64,000 nucleotides of DNA from an uncultured Gemmatimonadales bacterium (GTDB taxonomy: Bacteria > Gemmatimonadota > Gemmatimonadetes > Gemmatimonadales > GWC2-71-9). How positions within the stretch are numbered: the stretch's first letter is position 1; every line of letters starts with the position of its first letter. The stretch is taken from the NCBI GenBank assembly GCA_963842945.1, contig CAWJIM010000024.1, positions 384,001 through 448,000 of the forward strand, read 5' to 3'. Shown here piece after piece: positions 10,570 to 20,920 of the stretch. Below the pieces are notes generated by a model. It was given only the letters and a program-made list of their open reading frames with translations. It searched no databases and was not told the DNA's origin. Made by a program: the position numbers and the translations under genes.

Positions 10570-12391
10570 TCACTTCTGCTCCTGGACGATCCGCTTGAGC
10601 TCCGGAGGCATCTCGGACACCGGCTCGCGAGAGAGCCGCATCTGGGCATCCTCTCCCTGGCGGATCACGATGTTGTAGGTTGCTCCCGCCGGGTCTTTTT
10701 CCGGATAATCCTCCCGAAAATGGCCACCCCGGCTCTCTTTCCGCTCGATGGCGGCCCGAGTGATCGCCTCCGAGACAGTGAGCAGGTTCCCCAGGTCAAG
10801 CCCGGTGTGCCAGCCCGGATTGTACTCCCGGTTCCCGCTGACGCCCACCTGGGAGGCCCGTTGCTTCAATCGGTCGATCCCCTGCAGGGCGCGCTTCATC
10901 TCCGCCTCGGTCCGCACGATCCCGACCAGCGTCTGCATCATGGTCTGCAGCTCCTGCTGCACCTGATACGGTCCCGCGCCCTCGGAGCCACCACCGCGCT
11001 CGAAGGGGGCCAGGGCGGAGCGAATGACGTCGTCCACATCGGCGAGATCGACGTCTCCCAGCCGGTTTTCCCGGGCGAATCGCGGCCGCATGGTCGCCGG
11101 CACGTTTGCCGAACACCAGGAGATCCGACAACGAGTTGCCGCCCAGCCGGTTGGCACCGTGAAGGCCGGCGGCGCACTCTCCGGCGGCAAAGAGCCCAGG
11201 CAGGGTGGTGCTCTGGCTGTCGCCGTCCACCCGGATGCCGCCCATGATGTAGTGGGTGGTCGGACCGACTTCCATCGCCGTCGTGGTGATGTCGATGTCG
11301 GCCAGCTGTTTGAACTGGTGATACATGCTGGGGAGCTTCCGGATGATGTGCTTCCGGGCATCGGGCAGCTTGCGCTTGATCCAGGAGATGTCAAGGAAGA
11401 CTCCGCCGTGCGGACTGCCTCGTCCCTCCCGTACCTCGCGGAGAATACATCGGGCAACGTGGTCGCGGGTGAGCAGCTCGGGCGGCCTCCGGGCGGTCTT
11501 GTCACCCTGGGTGTAGCGCCACCCTTCTTCTTCGTTGTCCGCGGTCTGGCTCCGGTAGTTCTCCGGAATGTCAGCGAACATGAACCGCTTGCCCTCGCGG
11601 TTCAGCAGCACGCCACCCTCGCCCCGCACACCTTCGGTGACGAGGATGCCCCGCACGCTGGGAGGCCAGATCATTCCGGTGGGATGAAACTGAACGAATT
11701 CCATATCCTGGAGCGCGGCACCGGCGTGATACGCGAGCGCATGTCCGTCTCCAGTGTACTCCCAGCTGTTGCTGGTAATCGAGTAGGCCCTTCCAATACC
11801 GCCGGTGGCGAGGACCACCGCCTTGGCGCGATAGAGACGGAACCGTCCCCGCTCCCGGTCATACCCCACAGCAGCCGTCACTCGGGCGCCATCGGTGCAC
11901 AGCTGGAGCACCGTGCACTCCATGTGCACGTCGATACCCTGATGGATGCTGTGGTCCTGGAGCGTGCGGATCATCTCCAGGCCGGTCCGATCTCCCACGT
12001 GGGCCAGTCGGGGGTACTTATGTCCTCCGAAGTTGCGCTGGAGAATGCGGCCGTCTGCGGTGCGATCGAACAGGGCGCCCCACGCCTCCAGCTCCCTGAC
12101 CCGGTCGGGCGCCTCCTTGGCATGCAGCTCGGCCATACGCCAATTGTTCACGTACTGGCCGCCCCGCATGGTGTCGGCAAAGTGGACCTTCCAGTTATCC
12201 CGGTCGTCAACATTGGCCAGTGCGGCAGCGACGCCACCCTCTGCCATGACGGTGTGCGCCTTCCCCAGGAGTGACTTGCACACCAGTCCGACCTTGGCGC
12301 CCGCCACCGACGCCGCGATCGCTGCGCGGAGCCCGGCTCCGCCGGCACCGATCACCAGGACATCGTGCTCGAAGGTCTGGTATTCGGGCAT
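10570..12391 (-). CDS. sdhA: Succinate dehydrogenase/fumarate reductase flavoprotein subunit, frameshift near 11090
   Basis: GAGGAGLRAA, KAHTVMAEGG (FAD-linking His), QFHPTG, HYIMGG, HGANRLGGNSL, RKESRGGHFREDYP. Confidence 0.95.
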
Positions 12392-12392
12392 C

Positions 12393-12476
12393 AGTCGAGA
12401 GTCGCGCGTCGCGAGTCGCGAGAATAAGATCGGTTGCAATACAGCTCTCGAGTCTCATGACTCGTGACTCGTGACA
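12393..12476. repeat. Intergenic heptamer tandem repeats with inverted partner (gtcgcga)n / (ctcgtga)n
   Basis: Seen directly between the sdh anchor gene and sdhA. Confidence 0.7.
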
Positions 12477-13280
12477 TCACAGAATCCTCCAATCCGTCCA
12501 TATCCCCATCGAGCACAACCTGACATACAGATCGGCAAACGCCACCGCGAAGAGGCTGGTCCAGGCCCACCGCATATGGGCCCGATTGAAGCAGCTGGAG
12601 CAGTCGTATAGCCGGCGGCGCACCGGTCGTCGGGAGAGCTGATCCAGGTAGCCGCCGATCACGTGACGCAGGGAATGACAGCCAAGGGTATAGCCGCCGA
12701 GGAGGACCACATTGATGAGGAGCACCAGGGTTCCTACTCCGATGCCAAAGGACGTCTGTCCCGTTGCGGGATCGGTAAACCAGAGTGCCTTGTAGACGTC
12801 GGAGAGAAGCACCAACAGAAAGAGCAGGGCGATATAGAGGAAATAGCGGTGGATGTTCTGCACGATCAGGGGAAAGGCCGCCTCACCGCAGTACGTCTCT
12901 CGAGGTTCTCCCACCGCGCAGGCCGGCGGGTCGGCCCAGAACGCCTTGTAGTACGCACCTCGATAGTAGTAGCACGTCACCCGGAAAAGACCGGGGAACG
13001 GAAGAATCAGCAGCGCCGGCGAAAACACCAGCCAGCTGGGCCACCACGTGGGCCGGGGACCGAACCAGGCGTGGGGCGAGCCGCCGAACAACTCGGGTGA
13101 GTAGAACGGGGAAAGATAGGGTCCGTAACTGTAATGCTCACCTTGGAAGGCAGCCCAGGTGGAATAGCCAATGAAGGCCGAGAGCAGCAGGAAGACGGTG
13201 ACAGGTTGGAGCCACCACCAATCCTTGCGCATGGTCTCGCCGAAACGGCGGCGAACGATCGGGAGCTGCGCGTGCGCCAT
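12477..13280 (-). CDS. Succinate dehydrogenase membrane anchor, mycobacterial Sdh1 (Rv0249c)-like
   Basis: PYLSPFYSP, FRVTCYYYRGAYYKAFWADPPACAVGEP, QNIHRYF, GCHSLRH, RAHMRWAW; first gene of the sdh operon. Confidence 0.85.
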   Translation of the reverse strand: MAHAQLPIVRRRFGETMRKDWWWLQPVTVFLLLSAFIGYSTWAAFQGEHYSYGPYLSPFYSPELFGGSPHAWFGPRPTWWPSWLVFSPALLILPFPGLFRVTCYYYRGAYYKAFWADPPACAVGEPRETYCGEAAFPLIVQNIHRYFLYIALLFLLVLLSDVYKALWFTDPATGQTSFGIGVGTLVLLINVVLLGGYTLGCHSLRHVIGGYLDQLSRRPVRRRLYDCSSCFNRAHMRWAWTSLFAVAFADLYVRLCSMGIWTDWRIL

Positions 13281-13449
13281 GCCGGTACTCCCCTGGCTGT
13301 AATGGGTGCCCGCCGGAAGCTGGAACTGCGTGGCCGGCTCCAACGCCGGCCAGCCGGAGTATTCAAACCGCCAATGGCGCGCTGTCAATGCCGCGTCGTG
13401 GCCAGGCGGTCTCGAACGAAGGGGTGAGCTCGAAGAAGGGAGAAGGTCT

Positions 13450-14926
13450 TCAGGTGGGTCCCTGCTGACCCCAGCGTTGAGACGGTGGAGGCAAGTCCGG
13501 ATTGCGCAGCGGCGGAATCTTGCTGGTAAACGGCACGCCGGTGATTCGGTCGGTGTTGTCGTCTCGGACCCGATATGCGGCCGGAAAGTCGTCGGTCTGC
13601 TCCATCCAGTCCTGGAGCACGGCGGCCAGCCGGCGCACCTCTTCGGCGTAGCGAGGATCGTCGGCCACGTTCCGAAGCTCCCAGGGATCCGTTTTCAGGT
13701 CATACAGCTCGAGTCGCGCCCGGGGAACCTCGAAAAGCCGGCGCTGCGCCGAGGTGAGCCGGCCGGCTTTCGCTCGAGCCCGCAACGCAAGGAACGACGG
13801 ACTGGCCCCGATGTCGGCGGCGGTGCAGAGCGGTAGGTCGGTGTAGGCATCGGTTCGGATCAGCTTGAACCGGAGGGTGCGCACCGCGCGCTGATGCTCG
13901 TCGCAGTCGTGCCAGTTGCGTTCGCTGAACACGCGGGTGCGTCCGGTGAATTTCGTGGGCTGCGTGAGCAGCTCACTGAAGCTTTGGCCTTGCATCGAAT
14001 CGGGCCTGCCCGCACCCGCTACATCAAGCAGCGTGGGGGTCAGGTCCACGGTGCTCACCAGGCCGCGATCGTACACCGTTCCTGCCGGGATCACGTTTGG
14101 CCAGGAGAAGACGAGCGGTGTCCTGGTGCCGGAGTCGTACAGGGTGCCTTTCTCCCGGGGGAATGGTGCGCCATTGTCGCTCAGGAACAGCACCAGCGTC
14201 TTCTGCCGGAGCCCGCGCCGGTCGAGCTCCGCCAGCATCGTTCCGATGGCATCGTCCATGTGGGCGATGGTGTCGTAATAGTTCACCAGGTCGGCCCGGG
14301 TCTCGGGAGTGTCGGCGAGGTACGGGGTCAACACTACGCCGCCCGGCTTATGCCGGTGAGCTACACTCTCCGGATGATAGGGACGATGCGGCTCGTGAAA
14401 CGCTACCCAGAGAAAAAAGGGCCGGGTGCCGGTGGAATCGAGAAAGGCGGGAAAGACCGCGGCAGTCTGGGGCGAGTACCACTGGAACTGTTTCTCTCCG
14501 TTGGGACCGATATGGGTCTTGGCCATCATGCCGGTGAAGTAGCCCTGTGCCCTGCAAGTAGGCCGGAAGCAGGCGCACTCCGTCGGGCAGCGGAGTGTGC
14601 AAGTCTTCGGTGCGGGTGGCGTGGGAATACTTGCCGGAGAGAATGCTGATACGCGACGGGCTGCACTGCGGGCTGGTGCCGAACGCGTATTTCACCAGCA
14701 GTCCCGATCGAGCCAGGCGGTCGATGTTCGGGGTCCGGATGAGCCTGTTGCCATACACCCCGGTATCCCGCCAACCCAGGTCGTCGGCCACGAAAATGAG
14801 GATGCTGGGATGACTCTCCGAGACACCCTGGGCCCGGGAGGAGGCCGCAGGCAGCAGAAGAATGAGTCGGCGAATCGAGCTCAGCCATGAGCTTCGATTG
14901 GCGAAACTCAGGCCATGGCTTTTCAA
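13450..14926 (-). CDS. Formylglycine-dependent sulfatase, frameshift near 14545; start uncertain
   Basis: FVADDLG, RTPNIDRLA, CSPSRISILSG (CxPxR), SDNG.PFPREKGTLYDSG, ELYDLKTDPWE. Confidence 0.9.
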
Positions 14927-14991
14927 TTGCGCACTCGTTCCATGCTCTGGGGAGTGGGCGGTGACGGAAGTCAGGTACCCTGGCTTCCCTT

Positions 14992-15637
14992 ATGGCAACG
15001 CATTGTGCAAGCTGATGGAAGCGAAGACAAGCCCGACTGGAGTCCAACACCCAACGTATGCCGCCGAAACGAAGAGCCTCCCCAGTTAACCGGAACGCTG
15101 GACGCGATCCGCCGGATCATTCGGATACTGCGGCGCTCCTCCCGGCGGAGCGAGCAGCAGGTGGGCATTGGCGGCGCCCAGCTATTTGTGTTGCAGCAGC
15201 TCGCGGACGCGCCGGCGCGCTCCATCAACGATCTGGCCGCCCGCACTTACACCCATCAGAGCTCGGTCTCGGTGGTGGTTCGGCGGCTGGTCGAGCAGGG
15301 CCTGGTGGCTCGGCAGCCTTCCACCCGTGACCGGCGGCGGCGCGAGCTGAGGCTCACTTCAGCAGGAAAACGCCTGGTTTCCCGGGCGCCGGTACCGGGT
15401 CAGGTGCACCTGATCAATGCCCTGCTCAAGCTGCCCCGGACGGAGCTCAGGAATCTCGAGCGGGGGCTGGATCGGGTGGTGGCGGAAATGGGTGGCGAGG
15501 GTGAGCCGCCGGCGATGCTGTTTGCCGATGAGATGCCTTCAGCTCAGTCCGCCCCGAGGTCGAGCGGCCGCCGGCACTTGTCGCAGAAGACTTCCCGGGG
15601 CAAGCGGAAGACCCGGCCGGCCAGGCCGAGCCGCTGA
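14992..15637 (+). CDS. MarR family transcriptional regulator (start uncertain, probable 5' frameshift)
   Basis: AQLFVLQQL..SINDLAARTYTHQSSVSVVVRRLVEQGLV..DRRRRELRLT. Confidence 0.88.
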
Positions 15638-15921
15638 TGGGTGCCGCAATAGGGGCAGGCTCCTTCCGCAGAGCGGATCACCTGCCGCTGATTGAGCCGT
15701 ATGGTGGCGAAGATGAGGCCCAACAGCAACGCGCCCGGCACCAGGACGAAGTGGACCAGCGGAATGGGAAGCGCAATCAACGCCAGCGCGGCGCCCGCGG
15801 CGAGAGCAAGCCCCGCGCGGCGAACCCGCTCGCCGGCGGTGAGATCCTCTACCACCAGTTGGGCCTGGGTCGGGGTTGCCCCGAATCCCTTGAGCGGCAC
15901 CTCCAATGACTGGGTATTCAC
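15544..15921 (-). CDS. Small membrane protein with C-terminal Cys4 zinc ribbon
   Basis: Two hydrophobic helices then CPYC-x16-CDKC; convergent overlap with the MarR 3' end. Confidence 0.7.
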   Translation of the reverse strand: MNTQSLEVPLKGFGATPTQAQLVVEDLTAGERVRRAGLALAAGAALALIALPIPLVHFVLVPGALLLGLIFATIRLNQRQVIRSAEGACPYCGTHQRLGLAGRVFRLPREVFCDKCRRPLDLGAD

Positions 15922-15970
15922 CCCAACGTCCTTCTTGCAGCTCTGCGGGAGCGCCTCATGTCTCAATATA

Positions 15971-15984
15971 TATGGGATTCCATA
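15971..15984. promoter_or_regulatory. Palindrome TATGG-gatt-CCATA in an AT-rich divergent promoter region, possible MarR operator
   Basis: Seen directly; a degenerate copy TATGG-caac-GCATT lies at 14991-15004 at the marR start. Confidence 0.45.
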
Positions 15985-16087
15985 GAAACCATCACAACCC
16001 CGGCTGGGTCACTCTGGCCAGTTCGAGTTTGCTGAAACCCTGATCATACCGTACCTTACAGGAGACTCCCCGAACAACCGAGGTTTG

Positions 16088-17158
16088 ATGCTTCCCCACC
16101 GGCCGCATCTCGTCTCACGGGGCGGATTCGCCGTCCTGTCTGCAATTATCCTCCTCGGCCTGTCACCCAGGATTGCCTCCGGCCAGGGGTGAATGCCGGT
16201 CCGCTTTACGTCACCCAGTCTGGGTGGACATCGACAAGCCATTCTACCAGCCGGAAAATTCGAGCTCGGCCTCTCATATAGAAACCTCAAAGCCGATGAC
16301 TGGATCATTCTCGATACTCTGACCCCGTCAGATGGGTCCAGGGCGCCGGGAGGCGAGCCGAACGTCTTCAACATCAACTCAGTCGATTTCTCTCTCGCCT
16401 ATGGCTTAACCAATCGCGTAAGCTTCCAGCTGACGGTGCCCACCGCGAGCGGCAGCAATTCGCGAATCCATCCCGACGGCATTCGTCACGTCACCAATGG
16501 ATCCGGCATCGGCGACATCAACCTCGTCGGCACCATGTGGCTGCTGGACCCACTCACTCATGGAACTGGCAATGTCGCGGTCGGGCTCGGCGTGAAAGCT
16601 CCCACCGGGAGTAACACGATCACCGGAGATTTCGGCCTTCCCTCGGGAACCGTGCAACATACCGTCCACCCCGGCATCCAAATGGGGGACGGCGGCTGGG
16701 GTATCATCGTGCAGGCCCACGCCTTCAGCAGGCTGGTCGGGAGGCTGTCCGGGTACCTCTTCGGAGCCTACCAGCTGAACCCTCGGAACGTTAGCGAGGT
16801 GACCTTCACGCCGGCCTCGGTGAGTCCCTTATCGGTGCCCGATGTCTACCACGCCCGTTTCGGACTCGCCCTGGCGGTTCTGCCGAGACAGGGGTTGTCC
16901 GCCAGCCTGGGGCTTCGGGCCGACGGCATTCCAGTCCGAGACCTGATGGGAAGTAGCGACGGATTCCGCGCATCCGCTCGCTCCGTCTTCATCGATCCCG
17001 GCCTGTCATGGAGCATAGGCCAGAACGACTTCACGCTGAGTGTGCCGGTTCGGGTGCACGGAGAGTTCTTCCGGGGCCAGCCGCTCCCTGATGGTCAGAG
17101 CGACCGGGGTGACCTCGCCAAGAGGCTGATCTTCCTGGGTTACACCAGGCGACTATGA
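16088..17158 (+). CDS. Outer-membrane beta-barrel (MetA-pathway/phenol-degradation 'transporter'-like) with in-frame TGA at 16190-16192; candidate selenoprotein
   Basis: GAGG RBS; ATG 16088 is in frame with ORF 16193..17158 and gives MLPHRPHLVSRGGFAVLSAIILLGLSPRIASG-QG-TGA-MPVRF. Barrel motifs GIGDI, GLGVKAPTGS, QMGDGGWG; terminal amphipathic strand LIFLGYTRRL. Confidence 0.8.
16210..16229 (+). promoter_or_regulatory. SECIS-like hairpin GTCACCCA-GTC-TGGGTGGAC
   Basis: CACCCAG/CTGGGTG are exact reverse complements; the loop G at 16218 is 26 nt after the TGA and is followed by T. Confidence 0.65.
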
Positions 17159-17340
17159 CGTAAGGCGGCGCAACAAACCTATTGGAACGCAGCAGGCCCG
17201 GATTTATGCCTCGTTCCGGAAGGCCTCACACCGTGATCCATCGTCAGGAATCACTCGCAAGGCACTCGCCTGTCTGACACACATTCATCAAATCTCCGTC
17301 CGGTCGCGCCGGCTGGCTCGAACCAACACGGAGTCCACTC

Positions 17341-18381
17341 GTGAGTCTGGTCAATCGGTTGCAGGCCGGTTTGGGCCAACGTTACCGGGTCGAGCGCGAG
17401 CTCGGACGGGGCGGCATGGCCACGGTGTATCTCGCGGAGGATATTAAACACGGCTGCCGAGTCGCCCTCAAGGTGCTGCGGCCCGAGATTGGCGCCGCCC
17501 TCGGCGGGGACCGCTTCCTTCTGGAAATAAAGACGTCCGCCGCCTTGCAGCATCCCCACATACTCGGCTTGCTGGATTCCGGTGAAATACTGCCGGACCA
17601 TGGTTCCGGCCCCGGCCTGCTGTTCTACACCATGCCTTACGTCGAGGGGGAATCCCTTCGCGACCGGCTTGACCGCGAGCGCCAACTCCCGTTGGATCAG
17701 GCCATCACGATTGCGCGAGAAGTGGCCGATGCGCTGGGCTACGCCCACACCCACAATGTTGTGCACCGGGATATCAAGCCGGAGAACATCCTGTTGTCGG
17801 GCGGACACGCGATGGTGGCTGATTTCGGCATCGCGAGGGCGCTGAATACGGCGGGTGGTGAAAAGCTGACCGAAACTGGACTCGCGCTGGGCACACCGTA
17901 CTACATGAGTCCGGAGCAGGCCACCGGAGACTTCCTGGACGGCAGAGCTGATCAGTACGCCTTGGGCTGCGTGCTCTACGAGATGTTGGCCGGGACACCG
18001 CCCTTCCAAGGCTCGACCGGGCAATCGATTCTGGCCCGGCACGCCGTGGATCCGGTGCCGAGCCTTCGGACAGTGCGGGCGGCGATCCCGGCGGGGGTGG
18101 AACACGCCATCACCCGTGCCCTTGCCAAGTCGCCGGCCGACCGGTTTTCCACCACGGCCGAGTTTGCCCTTGCCCTGACGCAAGCTGGACAGGTGGGACC
18201 ACGGTAAGGACCAATACGGTCACCTCGCCTTCGTCGGGTGCGCATCGTCACTGGGGGGCACGCGTCGGATGGGCTTTCTTAGCTGCTGCGCTCATAGCAA
18301 TTGGGCTGATCACAACCGTCCGCGCCGTCAGTTCGAAGAAGAGCCCAGTAGTCTCGGCTGCGGAGGGATCCATGCGGTCGA
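17341..18381 (+). CDS. Hanks-type Ser/Thr protein kinase with TM helix (frameshift near 18195), C-terminal domain lost
   Basis: LGRGGMATVYLA, VALKVL, HRDIKPEN, DFGIA, GTPYYMSPEQ. An alternative frame continues RVGWAFLAAALIAIGLITTV..EGSMRS and then runs into the opposite-strand gene. Confidence 0.85.
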
Positions 18382-19460
18382 CTGAACGATCTCCGGGTGG
18401 GCGTGTCGTGCAGATAGATGGCGAACTGGTTTGGAAACATGAACTTCACCAGACCGAGCGGGTTCGTGGGACTTCCCCCTCTCTGTCGCATTCGAACTTT
18501 GGTCAGGTCTACCCGGGACCAATTGATCCGGCGGGGTCAAGACCCGTGACTGGTATTTGGCATCGACCACCTCAAAATGGTTGCGGACCAGGTAGGAGCG
18601 CTTTTTCCTTATTCTGGGGAGAATCTCGCGGACCAGGATCCGCTGCGGCACATATCAGTAGGGCCGGAAGACCACGAACGTCATCGAGTCGGCGAATACG
18701 GGAGTAGCGTTCTTGTACTCGTCCCCCACCACGACCCGCATGTTGAGCACCGGCTTGAGACGTCGTAGGCAGAAGCCTGTAATCGGGAATGTTTACTAGA
18801 CGTACTGGGGCCCAACTCCGAGGGCAGCCAGCGATAGCGCTCCAAATTGAGCTGCATCTGCCGAATCCGGACCTGCACCGGCACGTTGAGGGCGGCCAAC
18901 GTCGCGCCGCCCACAATCCCATTGCTCGGGATCCCGTGGCGCGACTGGAAATGCGCCACCGCTTTGGCCACCGCGCGGTTGTAGACTGGTTTGTTCCCCG
19001 TACCGGGTAGAGGTCGCCCGTTATCCTGAGCCGCCGACGCAGCACCGCTACACGGGCGCCGCGGGCGCCCCGCCGGAGACTTGCTACCGCCCGGCACCCT
19101 GGGCCAGCCGCCGTGCTCGAGGATTTCACTAACAGCAAGCCATTTCACCAGGTCGGCATACCCAGGTAGCTGTGGCCGGAGCGGAGCCACTATGCCCTGG
19201 AACTCTTCCGCCTGCACCGCCCCCCGCAGCGTCCCCTCGATGCTCGAGCGCCGCGCCTTGATGTACCACTCGCTCGCGACTGCCTTCGGGTCGAGCCGGC
19301 CCGCCAGCAAATCAGCTCCGTAGTCGAGGAACCGTCTGGTGAGCTCGAGGTCGAGCACGGCGAAGGCCTCGGGCCCTCTGGATCACGGGGCAGAACCACC
19401 AGCGTCTATCGGCTGGGTCTCGGCGCCGGACTCTAGCCCTCCTCGTCCCACGGAAGATAA
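18382..19460 (-). pseudogene. Fragmented murein L,D-transpeptidase (YcbB/LdtD-like)
   Basis: Pieces AVAHFQSRHGIPSNGIVG (PG-binding), NLERYRWLP, VNIPDYRL, NPLGLVKFMFPNQFAIYLHDTP. Many frame breaks, no intact start, catalytic SHGC missing. Confidence 0.75.
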
Positions 19461-19655
19461 CGTACCGGCGACCCCCGGCCCCAGCGTGCCCCAGGCCGGG
19501 CTTGCCAGCGCCCCTCCTTGGGGGGGTCTTCTTCTCCACGGCGATGTCTCCTTTCCGTTGCGGGCACAAGGCCCGTGGTGATTGCCTCACCCGGGAAGGC
19601 TGCATCGCCTTTCGTCTCTTACACACCTATTGAACCACCTCAGGAGGGTGCCAAG

Positions 19656-19997
19656 ATGCCGGAAGTTCGGATGAAGGTTGCGCCCGATACAGTAGCGTAT
19701 GCTGACGGGGAGAACCACAAGCTCATAGTGGAGTTCGCCATCCCAGGAGCGCCAGCGGATACCATCGATCTAAAGATCCTGGAAGACAGCGTCCACCTGA
19801 CAGCGCCAGCAAGGGACATTGAGTACGTTTCCGCGCTGGCTTTAGCATGGCAGGTAAAACCTCACAAGGCCGAAGCGACCTACGAGCACGGCCTGCTCCG
19901 AATCGAGGTGCCCTTCAAAGATCCGATGGAGGATGCCGTGCAGGTCGCCATCAAAACAGGTGTCGTGGAAAGCAAGGCCAAGAGACTTAAGACCTGA
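19656..19997 (+). CDS. Hsp20/alpha-crystallin small heat shock protein
   Basis: RBS CAGGAGG; EFAIPG..IDLKILEDSVHL..AEATYEHGLLRIEVP. Confidence 0.85.
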   Translation: MPEVRMKVAPDTVAYADGENHKLIVEFAIPGAPADTIDLKILEDSVHLTAPARDIEYVSALALAWQVKPHKAEATYEHGLLRIEVPFKDPMEDAVQVAIKTGVVESKAKRLKT

Positions 19998-20145
19998 TGA
20001 ACATGGCCTTTCCTCCGCCGACCTCTCCCTCGACCGTTCACGCGATCGCCGGCCTCCGTTGGCTCTTCGGCCATTGCTTAGTCCTCAGTTCCTTCACCCG
20101 AACACTTAGCTATACTCCAAGGTGTCCCTGTGCTCGAGTACACCG

Positions 20146-20376
20146 ATGGATCCTGTCTCCTATAAGGGCTTTGCCATCACGGCGCGCACGTTTCAGATCC
20201 ATGGCTCCGGACGCTGGACCCTGGATCTCCTAATTGGCCGGCGTAGGGGCTTACGGGCCTTCAGCGCTCCCACCACATACTCCACCGAAATGGCGGCCAT
20301 CGCGGGTTGTTGTGAGCGCGGACGGCGCATCATCGATGGGCTGGTGCAGGATTGCTCAGTCGATGATTTGTCGTGA
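20146..20376 (+). CDS. Small hypothetical protein
   Basis: Plausible globular 76-aa ORF (YKGFAITAR..GRW..GRRIIDG). Confidence 0.55.
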   Translation: MDPVSYKGFAITARTFQIHGSGRWTLDLLIGRRRGLRAFSAPTTYSTEMAAIAGCCERGRRIIDGLVQDCSVDDLS

Positions 20377-20526
20377 GACTGGGGCGTAACCCGCTCATCC
20401 AGCCGGCCTCCGCCATGCAGAGCTGCAGTCTGCCGGGCCCTGAATGTTATTCCCGGGGGCGGTCGTGTTCGCCCTGGCTACAGCGTTCGTGATGCGCGAC
20501 GAGGAGCCCACGGGAAGGAGCACGCC

Positions 20527-20880
20527 ATGGTTGAGCCGAGACCTCACCTGCCGAGGGAACTGCCGCCCGAGACCCGGGACTACTTGGCGCACCGGCTGGA
20601 CGGCGCGCGCGATCTCTATCTCCTGGCGCTGGCCTTGGGCGCACGCCCTGACGGGTCCGCGCTGTTCGGGCGGATGATCCGTGAGGCCCGCATCCACTTC
20701 GCGGCGGTGATCGAGGAAGCGCGGATCGCCGGGCTGGACACGGCGGCCATCGCCGTGATGCTGGGCAAGTTGAACATCGAGTTGGCCGACAGCATCCGCC
20801 CTGAGCTGTGGGCGCGCGTCGAGCAGCTCCTCGCCGAGCGAGCCGCCCGCAAACCAGCGGAGCGGCGGGGACTGCGCTGA
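20527..20880 (+). CDS. Hypothetical helical protein
   Basis: RBS AAGGAG before ATG; normal high-GC codon usage. Confidence 0.65.
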   Translation: MVEPRPHLPRELPPETRDYLAHRLDGARDLYLLALALGARPDGSALFGRMIREARIHFAAVIEEARIAGLDTAAIAVMLGKLNIELADSIRPELWARVEQLLAERAARKPAERRGLR

Positions 20881-20920
20881 AGGTTGCCTGCTCGCCCACG
20901 GGGCCCCAGAGGAGCAACCT

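Noticed and set aside
16190..16192. Genome-wide UGA reassignment to Trp or Gly
   Set aside because: Many genes here end in TGA (e.g. tnaA, cheB) and the tRNA-Trp has a CCA anticodon.
18360..18385. PHGSLRS as a Ser variant of the L,D-transpeptidase SHGCVR motif
   Set aside because: The spacing from HDTP is too short, and these bases are better explained as the kinase tail on the + strand.
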